A program made the position numbers and the translations under genes. 64,000 nt of DNA, taken from Pseudomonadota bacterium. GTDB taxonomy: Bacteria > Pseudomonadota > Gammaproteobacteria > Steroidobacterales > MnTg04. Shown one piece after another: positions 36,603 to 47,177 of this stretch. The notes under the pieces are model-generated. The model was not told the DNA's origin and ran no database searches. It saw nothing but the letters and a program-made list of their open reading frames with translations. Numbering within the stretch: position 1 is the stretch's first letter; every line of letters starts with the position of its first letter. The stretch lies in contig JADFSO010000008.1 in assembly GCA_022560735.1 (NCBI GenBank), positions 10,691 through 74,690 on the forward strand. Reading direction: 5' to 3'.

Positions 36603-36915
36603 GGCCGCCGGTTTAGCCACTGCTAGATGAACTTCGTTCCGAATCGAGCTGTGACTAAACCGGCGTCCCACAAAACAATGCTGTGAGATCGCGGCCCCGG
36701 CAAATGTGACGCTTCGATGGGTGATGGTGGTATTTGGACTGTGGTTGGCATGAGATTGGGGTTTTGCGGGCCGCCGGTTTAGCCACTGCTAGATGAACTT
36801 CGTTCCGAATCGAGCTGTGACTAAACCGGCGTCCCACAAAACAATGCTGTGAGATCGCGGCCCTGGCAAATGTGACGCTTCGATGGGTGATGGTGGTATT
36901 TGGACTGTGGTTGGC
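36603..36915. repeat. Tandem array 2 of the ~166-bp structured non-coding repeat
   Basis: 36603-36749 and 36769-36915 are identical over 147 bp except one C/T; period 166 bp; same hairpin and apex as 27070-27347. Confidence 0.97.
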
Positions 36916-36935
36916 CAGCCGCTGTTTTACTGACT

Positions 36936-37841
36936 CTAGCCTGGGACTGGATAAGGCAGATCGAGGGGGCTTAGCGGTGTGCCGTCGATGTTTAGATCCG
37001 CCTGTCGTTGATCGTGTCGGATGACTGCGAGGTATTCCCAGGCGGGCTGGTCGCCGCCGGGGCATTTCTGGCGGTTCAGTATTTCGCCGACTTTCTTGCC
37101 GTTCGCAACATTGACTTCGTCGCCGGTGATTTCGGTTTCGCTGCCGAGGCGGCACAGGCGGCGTTTTATTTTTCCGAGGTTCTGGGTGCGGGCGATAATT
37201 TCCTGGCCGGCATAACAGCCCTTGCTGAAACTGATTGCGCCGATCAGGTCGAGGTTCAGCATTTGCGCGGTATAACGTGCCTGGTTGGCGGTGGTCACTC
37301 GCGGTATGCCGGCGCGGATATCCGCCAGGCGCCACTGGGTTTCCGGCTGCTCGGTCAGGGCGTCGTTCAGCAGTTGCCAGTCGGCGCTGTCCGGTGGCCC
37401 GCAGGCAAGAATCCGTTGCCCGTTGTAAGCGGCGAGCAGCAGTCCGCCGGCGGTGCGGGTCACGCAACCGGGTTGCGGTATCGGCAGGGCCGGCAGCGCG
37501 GCGGCGAGATTCGCTCCGCCCAGACCGCACAAGCCGTTAGCGATGCTGAACTCCACCTTGGCGCGCAACACGTATCGCGACAAGCGGTCGCGGATATCCT
37601 GGACTATCTCGCTCGGCAGGATCAGGCTGGCCTCGTTTCCTTGCAGCAGGACCAGGGCCAGCGCGAGTACCCGGCCGTCTGGCTGGTGATAAGCGGACCA
37701 CTGGCAGCGGGTGTCATCCAGCGCATGCATATCGTTGCTGAGCTGGCCTTGCAGAAAGCTGACGGTATCGGCGCCGGCGATCGTCAGGACGCTGGTTCCG
37801 GGCAGATTGGCGCGCCAGTTTTTATTGATTTTCCCATTCAT
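36936..37841 (-). CDS. ygfZ: Folate-binding Fe-S maturation protein YgfZ
   Basis: GADTVSFLQGQLSND, AQMLNLD, ISFSKGCYAGQEIIARTQNLGKIKRRL. Confidence 0.94.
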   Translation of the reverse strand: MNGKINKNWRANLPGTSVLTIAGADTVSFLQGQLSNDMHALDDTRCQWSAYHQPDGRVLALALVLLQGNEASLILPSEIVQDIRDRLSRYVLRAKVEFSIANGLCGLGGANLAAALPALPIPQPGCVTRTAGGLLLAAYNGQRILACGPPDSADWQLLNDALTEQPETQWRLADIRAGIPRVTTANQARYTAQMLNLDLIGAISFSKGCYAGQEIIARTQNLGKIKRRLCRLGSETEITGDEVNVANGKKVGEILNRQKCPGGDQPAWEYLAVIRHDQRQADLNIDGTPLSPLDLPYPVPG

Positions 37842-37940
37842 CGATTGTCGATCCCTGATCCTGAACGAGCCAACCATATCATGCTACTGACGAGCCATTT
37901 GCAGGGTGCAAACAATTTGGCTTTCTGGCAAAATCCGGGT

Positions 37941-38153
37941 ATGTCCAGCCATCACCGGAACAAGCCTTCGAGCGCCGATAATTCTGACCTGGAGCGGGGA
38001 TTACCGGATTCCGGTACCGGGGTGGAAACGCCGGGCGCGGATCTGCTCGATGAGCCGCAGGCAACGAGGCCAAAAGAAATTGGCGGACGCGATGGCCTCG
38101 AACCCACGCGCTACGGCGACTGGGAAAAGGCGGGGCGCTGCATTGATTTTTAG
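37941..38153 (+). CDS. DUF1674 / SDHAF4 (Sdh8)-family protein
   Basis: C-terminal PKEIGGRDGLEPTRYGDWEKAGRCIDF. Not listed separately in the ORF track (3' end of ORF 37008-38153); directly upstream of sdhC. Confidence 0.88.
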   Translation: MSSHHRNKPSSADNSDLERGLPDSGTGVETPGADLLDEPQATRPKEIGGRDGLEPTRYGDWEKAGRCIDF

Positions 38154-38212
38154 TAACCGACAGGTGGCGACGTCGTCGGCCCACCGAAGTTTTGCAGCAA
38201 GGGAAACAGCCA

Positions 38213-38605
38213 ATGGCGAATGACAACCGGCCTCTGTCGCCATTTCATCACTACAAACCCCAATTGACTTCGCTGCTGTCGTTTGCCCATCGGCTCAGCG
38301 GTATCGCGTTGTCTGTTTCGGCTGCAGGCCTGGTTTACTGGCTGGTGTTGCTGGCGGATGGTCCGCAGGCGCTCGAGAGCCTCGAAATCCTGGCCACGGT
38401 TCCCGGGCAAATCGTGCTGGCGGGCGTCACCCTGGCATTTTTCTATCACCTGAACAATGGCATTCGTCACTTGTTCTGGGACATGGGTATGGGGTTTGAG
38501 ATCGGGCGAACCTATCTCACCGGTTGGCTGGTCCTCGCCGCTACTTTGCTGATGTGGATTGCTTTCTGGGCGGCGGTCACGGATCTGCCGGGTGGCCTGC
38601 CGTGA
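38213..38605 (+). CDS. sdhC: Succinate dehydrogenase cytochrome b556 subunit
   Basis: [37 protein letters not shown]. Confidence 0.93.
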   Translation: MANDNRPLSPFHHYKPQLTSLLSFAHRLSGIALSVSAAGLVYWLVLLADGPQALESLEILATVPGQIVLAGVTLAFFYHLNNGIRHLFWDMGMGFEIGRTYLTGWLVLAATLLMWIAFWAAVTDLPGGLP

Positions 38606-38988
38606 GTCTGCGCACGCCGCTTGGCAAGGTCATGGGTCTGGGCTCGGCGAAGGGGGGGACCGGGCATTGGTGGATGCAACGGGTTACCGCGATTGCGCTG
38701 ATCGTGCTGGGGCTTTGGTTCATGATTTCCCTCGTCGCTATCGGCGATCTCGGTTATCACAGCACTATCGCCTGGCTCGCTCGTCCGCTCAACGCCGTGT
38801 TGTTGTCATCCTTTGTGCTGACCATGCTCTATCATTCGAAGCTCGGTGTGCAGATCGTCATCGAGGACTATGTCGGTTCGCCTGCGTGGAAAGTGGCTGG
38901 TCTGTTGCTATCCGTTTTTGTACATCTGCTGCTGGCCATGGCCGGTGTGATTGCCATTTTGCGTATCGGCGCCGGAGGGGGTTCGTGA
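38602..38988 (+). CDS. sdhD: Succinate dehydrogenase hydrophobic anchor subunit
   Basis: [34 protein letters not shown]. Confidence 0.93.
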   Translation: MSLRTPLGKVMGLGSAKGGTGHWWMQRVTAIALIVLGLWFMISLVAIGDLGYHSTIAWLARPLNAVLLSSFVLTMLYHSKLGVQIVIEDYVGSPAWKVAGLLLSVFVHLLLAMAGVIAILRIGAGGGS

Positions 38989-40772
38989 GTGCAGATTATG
39001 AATTCGTTGACCATCACTACGATGTCGTCGTAGTCGGGGCCGGGGGAGCAGGTCTCAGGGCCACCTTCGGCCTGGTCGAACAAGGCCTGTCTGCCGCCTG
39101 CATCACCAAGGTGTTTCCGACCCGCAGCCACACGGTCGCGGCGCAGGGCGGGATCAGCGCGGCGCTCGGCAATATGGGTGAGGACGATTGGCGCTGGCAC
39201 ATGTATGACACGGTCAAAGGCTCGGACTGGCTGGGTGACCAGGATGCGATCGAATACTTGTGCAAGGAGGCGGCGGACGCCGTGATCGAGCTCGAACATT
39301 ACGGCGTGCCATTTTCGAGAACCGAAGACGGGCGTATTTACCAGCGGCCATTTGGCGGCATGACCACGCATTTTGGCAAGGGCACGGCACAACGCACCTG
39401 TGCGGCCGCCGATCGCACCGGCCATGCGATGCTGCACGCGCTCTATCAGCAATCGCTAAAACACGATGCCGATTTTTTTATCGAGTATTTTGCGATCGAC
39501 CTGATCATGGAAAACGGCGAGTGCCGGGGCGTCATCGCCCTGTGCCTGGATGATGGAAGCTTGCACCGCTTTATTTCCCAGCAGACGATCCTGGCGACCG
39601 GCGGCTACGGGCGCGCCTACTTTTCCTGCACATCCGCACATACTTGCACCGGCGATGGCGGTGGCATGGTTTTGCGCGCCGGTCTGCCGTTGCAGGATCT
39701 CGAATTTATCCAGTTCCACCCGACCGGGGTATACGGCGCCGGCATGCTGATCACCGAAGGGGTGCGCGGCGAGGGCGGTTACCTGAGCAACTCGGATGGC
39801 GAGCGTTTCATGGAGCGGTACGCGCCCAACGCCAAGGATCTTGCCAGCCGGGATGTGGTCAGCCGCGCGATGACCATGGAGATTCGCGAAGGCCGGGGCG
39901 TCGGCCCGGAGAAGGATCACATTTTCCTGCACCTGGAGCACCTGGGTACGGAGGTGATCGAGGAGCAGCTTCCCGGCATCGCCGAGACCGCCAGGGTGTT
40001 CGCCGGGGTCGACGTGACGCGTGCGCCGATCCCGGTTTTGCCGACCGTGCATTACAATATGGGCGGCATACCCACCAATTTGCATGGCGAGGCGCTGACA
40101 AAATCGGGAGACGGCGCGATTACGCTGGTGCCCGGGCTGATGGCGGTCGGTGAGGCCGCGTGCGTCTCGGTGCACGGGGCCAACAGGCTGGGCTCGAATT
40201 CCTTGCTCGACCTGGTCGTGTTCGGGCGGGCCGCCGCCCGGCGTTGCGCTGAAACCGTGCAGCCAAAGGCGCGCCACAGACCGCTGCCGGATAAATCCTG
40301 CGGCCATATCATCGAGCGCCTCGACCGCCTGCGCAACGCCAATGGCAGTTTGCCGACGGCGGTTATTCGCCTGAACATGCAAAAAACCATGCAGGACCAT
40401 GCCGCGGTTTTTCGCACCGGCGAGGTGTTGCGGGAAGGGATCGAAAAAATGGAGCAGGTGTACCGGAGTTTTGCCGATGTTCGGGTGCATGATCGCTCGT
40501 TGATCTGGAACACCGACCTGGTTGAAACCATGGAACTGGAAAACCTGCTGTTGCAAGCCAAGGCGGCGATCGAGTCGGCGGCCAACCGGCAGGAGAGCCG
40601 GGGCGCCCACGCGCGCGAAGATTTTCCCGAGCGCGACGATGAGAACTGGCTAAAACACACGCTTTGCTGGGTGGCCGGCGATGGCACGGTCCGGCTGGAC
40701 TACCGGCCCGTTCGGCTCGAGACGCTGAGCGATGAAGTCGAATCGATCCCGCCGATGGCGCGTGTATATTAA
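38985..40772 (+). CDS. sdhA: Succinate dehydrogenase flavoprotein
   Basis: [48 protein letters not shown]. Confidence 0.97.
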   Translation: MSADYEFVDHHYDVVVVGAGGAGLRATFGLVEQGLSAACITKVFPTRSHTVAAQGGISAALGNMGEDDWRWHMYDTVKGSDWLGDQDAIEYLCKEAADAVIELEHYGVPFSRTEDGRIYQRPFGGMTTHFGKGTAQRTCAAADRTGHAMLHALYQQSLKHDADFFIEYFAIDLIMENGECRGVIALCLDDGSLHRFISQQTILATGGYGRAYFSCTSAHTCTGDGGGMVLRAGLPLQDLEFIQFHPTGVYGAGMLITEGVRGEGGYLSNSDGERFMERYAPNAKDLASRDVVSRAMTMEIREGRGVGPEKDHIFLHLEHLGTEVIEEQLPGIAETARVFAGVDVTRAPIPVLPTVHYNMGGIPTNLHGEALTKSGDGAITLVPGLMAVGEAACVSVHGANRLGSNSLLDLVVFGRAAARRCAETVQPKARHRPLPDKSCGHIIERLDRLRNANGSLPTAVIRLNMQKTMQDHAAVFRTGEVLREGIEKMEQVYRSFADVRVHDRSLIWNTDLVETMELENLLLQAKAAIESAANRQESRGAHAREDFPERDDENWLKHTLCWVAGDGTVRLDYRPVRLETLSDEVESIPPMARVY

Positions 40773-40792
40773 GAACTGACGAGGAGCATTCT

Positions 40793-41575
40793 ATGGTTCA
40801 GCTGACACTGCCGGCAAATTCAAAAGTGCGCAAGGGCGAGACCCATACGGCGGCCGATGCGGTCGGCGATGTGCGCCGCCTGCTCGTTTATCGTTACGAT
40901 CCGGATAAGCAGGACAACCCGCGCATGGACAGCTACGAAGTGGATATGGACAGTTGCGGACCGATGGTCCTGGATGCGCTGATCAAGATCAAGAACGAGA
41001 TCGACCCGAGCCTGTCGTTTCGCCGCTCGTGCCGCGAGGGCATCTGCGGGTCCTGCGCGATGAATATCGACGGCACCAACGACCTTGCCTGTATGCGAGC
41101 GATCGACGATGTCAAGGGGGACATCAAGGTTTATCCGTTGCCGCATTTGCCGGTGATCAAGGACCTGGTCCCGGACATGAGTAATTTCTATGCCCAATAT
41201 GCGTTGATCAAGCCCTGGCTGCAAAGTAGTACGCCGCCACCGCCGGATCGGGAACGGCTGCAGTCGAAGGAAGACCAGGAGAAGATCGACGAGCCGGCGG
41301 CCTGTATCCTGTGCGCCTGTTGTTCGACCGCCTGCCCGAGTTACTGGTGGAACGACGAGCGTTTCCTCGGCCCGGCGACCTTGCTGCAAGCGTACCGCTG
41401 GCTGGTCGACAGTCGTGACGAGGCAACGGGTGAGCGGCTGGATCAACTCGAGGATCCGTTCAGGCTGTATCGTTGTCATACGATCATGAACTGCACGAAT
41501 ACCTGCCCGAAGGGTCTCAACCCGGCGCGGGCGATTGCCGAAATCAAGAAAATGATGCTTGAACGACAGCACTGA
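40793..41575 (+). CDS. sdhB: Succinate dehydrogenase iron-sulfur subunit
   Basis: [43 protein letters not shown]. Confidence 0.97.
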   Translation: MVQLTLPANSKVRKGETHTAADAVGDVRRLLVYRYDPDKQDNPRMDSYEVDMDSCGPMVLDALIKIKNEIDPSLSFRRSCREGICGSCAMNIDGTNDLACMRAIDDVKGDIKVYPLPHLPVIKDLVPDMSNFYAQYALIKPWLQSSTPPPPDRERLQSKEDQEKIDEPAACILCACCSTACPSYWWNDERFLGPATLLQAYRWLVDSRDEATGERLDQLEDPFRLYRCHTIMNCTNTCPKGLNPARAIAEIKKMMLERQH

Positions 41576-41591
41576 ACAGGCACCGGTCGGC

Positions 41592-41840
41592 ATGACAGAA
41601 CACGATGATGCCCGGTCGCGCTGGCGCTGCCGCCGTGGCATGAAAGAGCTGGATATACTGCTCGAAAGATTTCTGAAATCCAGGTTCGAGGCCATGGATG
41701 GGCGGCAAAAAGCCGTGTTCTCGGATTTTCTGAATCTGCCGGACCCGCAACTGGCGGACTTTTTACTCAATGGCGTGGTACCGGTCGATGCTGACTGCAA
41801 AACACTTGTCGAACAAATACTCACCTGTCCTCACGATTGA
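41592..41840 (+). CDS. sdhE: FAD assembly factor SdhE (SDHAF2/YgfY)
   Basis: RWRCRRGMKELDILL. Start could be TTG 41559. Confidence 0.92.
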   Translation: MTEHDDARSRWRCRRGMKELDILLERFLKSRFEAMDGRQKAVFSDFLNLPDPQLADFLLNGVVPVDADCKTLVEQILTCPHD

Positions 41841-42243
41841 ACCGGGACCGGTGCAACCCATAGCGACCTGGCTTGCCGCGGGTTTTGTGCTGGCCGGCGC
41901 CGGTTTGTTATGCAGTTCCATGCCGGCGATGGCGAAACTGGTGGCGGTTGGATTCCTGCTGGCCGGGGCTTGCTGCGATTGGCGCCGGTGCGTACACGGC
42001 GCAGGCCTGCACTCGGTCAGGCAAGTGCGCTGGGAAACCCGCGGGTGGCGTTTGCAGGGTCGATCCGGCGCCTGGCAAAGCGCTGTTTTGCTGGCCGGCC
42101 GCTGTCGTTTTCTGTGGGGCGTCAAGCTGTGCTGGCTGGACGAAAATGGCGCCGGAAAGAGCGCGTTTTTTTTTCATTCCCGTCGCTCCGGGAGCCGCTT
42201 TCGCCGGTTCCGGGTACGCTTGAAACTGGCAGATATTGCATAG
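41806..42243 (+). CDS. YgfX/CptA-like membrane protein
   Basis: Two hydrophobic segments, C-terminal FRRFRVRLK, overlaps the sdhE 3' end as in sdhE-ygfX operons. Start uncertain. Confidence 0.65.
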   Translation: MSNKYSPVLTIEPGPVQPIATWLAAGFVLAGAGLLCSSMPAMAKLVAVGFLLAGACCDWRRCVHGAGLHSVRQVRWETRGWRLQGRSGAWQSAVLLAGRCRFLWGVKLCWLDENGAGKSAFFFHSRRSGSRFRRFRVRLKLADIA

Positions 42244-42321
42244 CAGCAAAGAAATCGACAAACTCTCTCATTCATTCTGTGACCCAATACTCATATGCCT
42301 GAAATCATGTCTTTTTTGCCA

Positions 42322-42348
42322 GAACTTTCTATCCGGGACCGAGTCTAT
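42322..42348 (+). promoter_or_regulatory. Sigma-E (RpoE/AlgU-type) autoregulatory promoter
   Basis: GAACTT (42322-42327), 16-nt spacer, TCTAT (42344-42348), 45 nt upstream of the rpoE ATG. Confidence 0.85.
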
Positions 42349-42392
42349 TTGACTGGTTGTGCTGGCGCTTGCCCGGTTTCAGGGCGCGCGTC

Positions 42393-42968
42393 ATGAGTGA
42401 GCGCCAGGTGGACCAGAAACTGGTCGTCAAGGTTCAACAAGGCGACAAGACGGCATTCGATGTGCTGGTGCTCAAGTACCAGCACAAGGTGATCAAGGTG
42501 ATCATGCGTTATATCCGCGATCCTTCCGAGGCGCTGGATGTGGCGCAGGAAGCTTTTTTGAAGGCGTACCGTGCCATACCGAGGTTTCGAGGCGACAGCG
42601 CTTTCTACACCTGGTTGTACCGGATCGCGATCAACACCGCCAAGAACCACCTGGTGGCCGCGAGAAGGAGACCGCTGGATTACGATCTGGACCCGCAGGA
42701 TCCGGACCAATATGACATGCAGGGCCGTTTGAGTGACGGCGATACGCCCGAACACCTGGTGCTTAGCGAGGAAATCAGGGACACCGTCAACCGGGCGATA
42801 CAACATTTGCCGGAGGATCTTCGCACGGCGATTATCCTCCGCGAAATGGAAGGAATGAGTTACGAGGAGATCGCACAAACCATGGAGTGCCCGGTGGGCA
42901 CGGTGCGATCGAGGATATTCAGGGCCCGGGAGGCGATCGACAAGAAGCTCAGGCCTTTGCTGGATTGA
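42393..42968 (+). CDS. rpoE: ECF sigma factor RpoE
   Basis: MSERQVDQKLV, AFDVLVLKYQHKV, FRGDSAFYTWLYRIAINTAKN, GTVRSRIFRAREAI; 191 aa. Confidence 0.97.
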   Translation: MSERQVDQKLVVKVQQGDKTAFDVLVLKYQHKVIKVIMRYIRDPSEALDVAQEAFLKAYRAIPRFRGDSAFYTWLYRIAINTAKNHLVAARRRPLDYDLDPQDPDQYDMQGRLSDGDTPEHLVLSEEIRDTVNRAIQHLPEDLRTAIILREMEGMSYEEIAQTMECPVGTVRSRIFRAREAIDKKLRPLLD

Positions 42969-42971
42969 ACG

Positions 42972-43625
42972 ATGAACGAAAAACGGATTGAGAAAGATAT
43001 GGCAACGAAGGAAATGGCCGGCGATCGCTTGTCGGCGCTGATCGATGATGAGCTGGCGTCCAGGGAGCAGTCTATGCTGCTTGCCCGGCTATGCCGGGAC
43101 CCGGCCAGCCGCGGGAAATTCGGCCGCTATGCGCTGATCGGTAACGCGATGCGTGCGGGTAAAGACGATTTTCTGGCTACAGGTCTGGCCGGCAACGTCA
43201 GCGCTGAGCTGGATGGCGTGGCCGCGCACCAGGGCGGGGCGGGCATTGGCAATCACAGATTGTTCAGGCCGCTGCTGGGTTTGGCGGTTGCGGCCGGGGT
43301 CGCGGCACTGGCGATCATCAACCTGCCGGGTGCGGGTATGTTGCTCAACGGTGGGCTTAACGGTGGTCGGGACAGTGGTTCAGCGGATATCGCGGGAACG
43401 GCCGGGCCCAGTTACACGGTGCCGCCCGATTCCGCTTCGATGACCCGCGCACCGCGTGTCAGGGCAAGACTGGCGAGTTACCTGATGGATCACAGCGAGT
43501 TTTCCCCATCCCCGGTTCGGCGAAATGTCCTCTATGAGATCATCGGCCGCGAGGACGCCACTGCCGTTCTGAACGGGCACGCAGACTCGACGGCAGAGCC
43601 AACAGACGAGAGTTCCGGCCCATGA
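42972..43625 (+). CDS. rseA: Anti-sigma factor RseA/MucA
   Basis: RLSALIDDEL, YALIGNAMR, TM GLAVAAGVAALAII, YLMDHSEF. Confidence 0.88.
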   Translation: MNEKRIEKDMATKEMAGDRLSALIDDELASREQSMLLARLCRDPASRGKFGRYALIGNAMRAGKDDFLATGLAGNVSAELDGVAAHQGGAGIGNHRLFRPLLGLAVAAGVAALAIINLPGAGMLLNGGLNGGRDSGSADIAGTAGPSYTVPPDSASMTRAPRVRARLASYLMDHSEFSPSPVRRNVLYEIIGREDATAVLNGHADSTAEPTDESSGP

Positions 43626-44596
43626 TCAGGACGCGCAGGATTCATTGGCTGATATTGCTTTGCCTGGTGCCGCTCGCGGCGCCGGCCGAAGAAGCCGTTG
43701 ACTGGCTGCGCAAAATGGACCACGCGTTAAAAACCCTGAATTACCAGGGTGTTTTCGTTCGCCTGCGCGATGGCGATGTCGACCCGATGAAAGTCATCCA
43801 CCGCGTACACGATGGCCAGGCCGTAGAGAGGCTGGTGGCGCTGGATGGCATTGGCCGTGAAATCATATCCAAAGGTGACGAGGTCGTCTGTTTTTTCCCC
43901 GATTCGGAGTCCGTGGTCGTGGAGAAAAGAAACGAGCACCAGCCATTGCTGGGCGCGATCCCGGCGCTCAGCGACGAGGTGTTGCATAATTATTTGCTCA
44001 GCGTAAAAACCGGCAAAAGCGTGCTGGGCCGTGCCGTCGTCATTGTCGATGTCAACCCCAGGGACCATTTTCGCTATGGGTACCGGTTGTGGCTGGACGA
44101 GGAGACTGGTCTGCCGCTGATCTCCCAGGTGCGTGGCGGCCAGGGGCAGATCATCGAGCAAATGAGGTTTGCCAGTATCGAGTTTCCGGATGAAATCCCG
44201 GAAGCTGCCGTTCAGCCCGGCCTGGATGCCAGCGGTTATCGCTGGAGCTATCCAGAGGACAAGGCGAGCCAAACGCCAGGCAAGGTGGAACAGGCCTGGC
44301 GAGCCGACAATCTGCCTGCGGGCTTCGTCCTGGCAATGTACCGGCTGGACACTCAGCCGCAGGCAATACAACCCGTTGTCCACATGGTCTATAGCGATGG
44401 CCTGGCATCGGTTTCGGTGTTCGTGGAAAAACCGGGGCCGAACGAGGCGCCGAGTAGCGGACCATCCAGGCTGGGGGCAGCCAATGCATACACGTTGCTG
44501 GTCAAAGAGCACCTGGTAACCGCCATCGGTGAAGTCCCGCCGGTTACGGTCCGCAATATCGCCAGTTCTGTGGTAGCGGATTCGAAGATAAACTGA
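43622..44596 (+). CDS. rseB: RseB/MucB periplasmic regulator
   Basis: Signal peptide, [43 protein letters not shown]. Confidence 0.92.
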   Translation: MIRTRRIHWLILLCLVPLAAPAEEAVDWLRKMDHALKTLNYQGVFVRLRDGDVDPMKVIHRVHDGQAVERLVALDGIGREIISKGDEVVCFFPDSESVVVEKRNEHQPLLGAIPALSDEVLHNYLLSVKTGKSVLGRAVVIVDVNPRDHFRYGYRLWLDEETGLPLISQVRGGQGQIIEQMRFASIEFPDEIPEAAVQPGLDASGYRWSYPEDKASQTPGKVEQAWRADNLPAGFVLAMYRLDTQPQAIQPVVHMVYSDGLASVSVFVEKPGPNEAPSSGPSRLGAANAYTLLVKEHLVTAIGEVPPVTVRNIASSVVADSKIN

Positions 44597-45018
44597 TGAT
44601 CAGGGAAAGCGGCTGCGTGGTTCGTATCGCCGGCCCGTTTGCCTGGGTAAGCTGCGAATCTCGAGCGGGGTGCGCGCGCTGCGCCGAGGGCAAGGGTTGC
44701 GGAGGCGGTCTGCTCAGCAGGCTGCTTGGCGACCGGTTGTTTCAGTTGCGCGTACCGGTGCGCACTGGCATCAGCGTGGGCGACCAGGTCCAGCTGGGTA
44801 TTTCCGAGGGGGCGTTGCTTGGCGCCGCCTGCCTGATGTACTTGCTGCCCTTGCTTGCGCTGTTGGCCGGCGCGCTGATCGGCGATTTTCTGGGCGGCGA
44901 TGGCCCCGCGTTGTTGCTCGGCGGTCTCGCCCTGCTGGCCAGTTTCCTCTCATTGCATGTCTTCAGGGAGCGGATCGCGCGCAGCAGGCGGTTTCAACCG
45001 GTCATCCTGGAATCCTGA
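44596..45018 (+). CDS. rseC: RseC/MucC family protein
   Basis: [26 protein letters not shown]...YLLPLL. Confidence 0.9.
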   Translation: MIRESGCVVRIAGPFAWVSCESRAGCARCAEGKGCGGGLLSRLLGDRLFQLRVPVRTGISVGDQVQLGISEGALLGAACLMYLLPLLALLAGALIGDFLGGDGPALLLGGLALLASFLSLHVFRERIARSRRFQPVILES

Positions 45019-45021
45019 GGC

Positions 45022-45261
45022 GTGGAACTGGTTTTGTACACCCGCAAGGCCTGCGGTCTTTGCGACGAAATGCTGGCCCAGCTGGAACCGCTGTTACACA
45101 CCCACCGAGCCAGCATCACGGTCGTCGATATCGCCGGCGATGCCGGGTTGATGGACCGTTTCGGCGTGCGCATACCGGTGCTGCTTTGCCAGGGAGAAAT
45201 CCTCTGCGAAGGGCATCTCGACCCCGACCTGGTCGTGCAAAGCCTGCGTCGCCACCGCTAA
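45022..45261 (+). CDS. Glutaredoxin-like protein (DUF836 type)
   Basis: [28 protein letters not shown]. Confidence 0.85.
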   Translation: MELVLYTRKACGLCDEMLAQLEPLLHTHRASITVVDIAGDAGLMDRFGVRIPVLLCQGEILCEGHLDPDLVVQSLRRHR

Positions 45262-45298
45262 ATAACCCGTATTTCGAGCAGGCATGGCCGACAGCGTT

Positions 45299-45304
45299 TA
45301 TAAT
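45299..45304 (+). promoter_or_regulatory. Candidate sigma70 -10 element for lepA
   Basis: Exact TATAAT 38 nt upstream of the lepA ATG in a GC-rich background; no convincing -35. Confidence 0.4.
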
Positions 45305-45341
45305 CCCCGCCTGTCACCCATCTCTTGGAGCGTGCTTTAGC

Positions 45342-47141
45342 ATGGATCGCGAGCGCATCCGTAATTTTTCCATTATCGCGCATATAGACCACGGCAAGTC
45401 CACACTCGCGGATCGGTTTATCCAGATCTGTGGCGGTCTCGATGAACGTGAAATGGCGGACCAGGTCCTGGATACCATGGATCTGGAGCGCGAGCGTGGC
45501 ATAACCATCAAGGCGCAGGCCGTTTCCCTGAACTACCTGGCCGACGATGGTCAGCAATACCTGCTCAATTTTATCGATACGCCGGGTCATGTTGATTTTT
45601 CCTATGAGGTTTCGCGATCGCTGTCGGCCTGCGAAGGTGCTTTGCTGGTGGTCGATGCCGCGCAGGGTGTCGAGGCCCAGAGCGTCGCCAATTGTAATAC
45701 CGCGATCGAGCAGGGCCTGGAGGTCGTGCCGGTGCTCAACAAGCTGGATCTGTCATCGGCCGAACCGGAACGGGTTATCCAGGAAATCGAGGAGATCATC
45801 GGCATCGAGGCCGGTGACGCCCTGCAAATCAGTGCAAAGACGGGTGCTGGCGTGCGCGAGGTGCTCGAGCAATTGCTGGTGAGGGTGCCGCCACCGGGTG
45901 GCGATCCGGATGCGCCGTTGCAGGCGCTGATTATCGATTCCTGGTTCGATAATTATGTCGGCGTCGTCTCGCTGGTGCGCATCGTCAATGGCGTATTAAG
46001 AAAAAAAGACAAGTTCAAGGTCATGTCGACCGGCAGAAGCCATCAGCTGGATCGTATCGGCCGGTTTACACCGAAGATGTCGGACACCGACGAACTGGGA
46101 CCGGGTGAAGTCGGCTATGTCATTGCCGGGATCAAGGAAGTGCACGGGGCTCCGGTCGGCGACACACTGACCCTGGAGAAAAACCCCTGCGCGGAGCCAC
46201 TGGTTGGTTTCAAGAAGGTTCAGCCGCGGGTTTTTGCGGGTTTGTTCCCGGTTTCATCGGACGATTACGAGAATTTCCGCGATGCGCTCGAAAAACTCGG
46301 TCTGAACGACTCGGCGCTGACTTATGAGCCGGAAAACTCGACCGCTCTAGGCTTCGGTTTCCGTTGCGGGTTTCTCGGCATGCTGCATATGGAGATCATC
46401 CAGGAGCGGCTGGAGCGCGAATACGATCTGAACCTGATAACGACTGCACCCACGGTAATCTACCAGGTGCTCACCAGCGCAGGGGAAATCTTGCATATCG
46501 ACAATCCGGCCCGGTTGCCCGAAAGCAACCTGGTCAGAGAGATTCGCGAACCGATTATCGAGGCAACCATACTGGTGCCGCCGGAGCATGTCGGTGCGGT
46601 GATTAAACTTTGTGTCGAAAAGCGGGGCGCACAGACCCGCATGCAATACCTCGGCAACCAGATTTCGCTGGGCTATGATTTGCCGCTGGCCGAGGTGGTA
46701 CTGGATTTTTTCGATCGGCTGAAATCCGTCAGCCGCGGATACGCATCGTTCGATTATCAGTTTGCGCGGTTCCAGGCTGCGCCACTGGTCAAGCTGGATA
46801 TCCAGATCAACAAGGAACGTGTCGATGCGCTGTCGGTTATCGTGCACCGGGACGCCGCTTATCGGCGAGGCCGGGAAGTGGTGGACAAGATGCGCGAACT
46901 TCTGCCACGGCAGATGTTCGAATTCGCCGTGCAGGCATCGATCGGGAACAAGATAATCGCCAGTGCGTCGATCCGCGCGCTGAGAAAAAACGTGACCGCA
47001 AAATGCTATGGCGGAGACATTACGCGCAAGCGGAAATTGCTGGAAAAACAGAAGGCCGGCAAGCGGAGAATGAAGCAGATCGGTTCGGTGGAAGTTCCGC
47101 AGGAAGCTTTTCTCGCAGTATTGCAGGTGAAGAGGAAATAG
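45342..47141 (+). CDS. lepA: Translation elongation factor 4 (LepA)
   Basis: [59 protein letters not shown]; 599 aa. Confidence 0.98.
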   Translation: MDRERIRNFSIIAHIDHGKSTLADRFIQICGGLDEREMADQVLDTMDLERERGITIKAQAVSLNYLADDGQQYLLNFIDTPGHVDFSYEVSRSLSACEGALLVVDAAQGVEAQSVANCNTAIEQGLEVVPVLNKLDLSSAEPERVIQEIEEIIGIEAGDALQISAKTGAGVREVLEQLLVRVPPPGGDPDAPLQALIIDSWFDNYVGVVSLVRIVNGVLRKKDKFKVMSTGRSHQLDRIGRFTPKMSDTDELGPGEVGYVIAGIKEVHGAPVGDTLTLEKNPCAEPLVGFKKVQPRVFAGLFPVSSDDYENFRDALEKLGLNDSALTYEPENSTALGFGFRCGFLGMLHMEIIQERLEREYDLNLITTAPTVIYQVLTSAGEILHIDNPARLPESNLVREIREPIIEATILVPPEHVGAVIKLCVEKRGAQTRMQYLGNQISLGYDLPLAEVVLDFFDRLKSVSRGYASFDYQFARFQAAPLVKLDIQINKERVDALSVIVHRDAAYRRGREVVDKMRELLPRQMFEFAVQASIGNKIIASASIRALRKNVTAKCYGGDITRKRKLLEKQKAGKRRMKQIGSVEVPQEAFLAVLQVKRK

Positions 47142-47177
47142 CCAATACTGCCCCGAATTCACGCAGAGGTTGCTTAC

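Noticed and set aside
36795-36822. GAACTT in the repeat as a sigma-E -35 box
   Set aside because: There is no TC-type -10 element at 16-17 nt, and copy B has GAACTG.
36761-36842. Hairpin as an integron attC site
   Set aside because: The arms (GTTTAGC / GACTAAAC) only loosely resemble GTTRRRY / RYYYAAC, there are no cassette ORFs between units, and there is no integrase.
27070-36915. Repeat arrays as CRISPR
   Set aside because: The units are 165-166 bp and conserved along their whole length, there are no unique spacers, and no cas genes are present in the window.
46896-46922. GAACTT-N16-TCGAA inside lepA as a sigma-E promoter for lepB
   Set aside because: It lies in coding sequence, and roughly one such loose match is expected by chance in a window this size.
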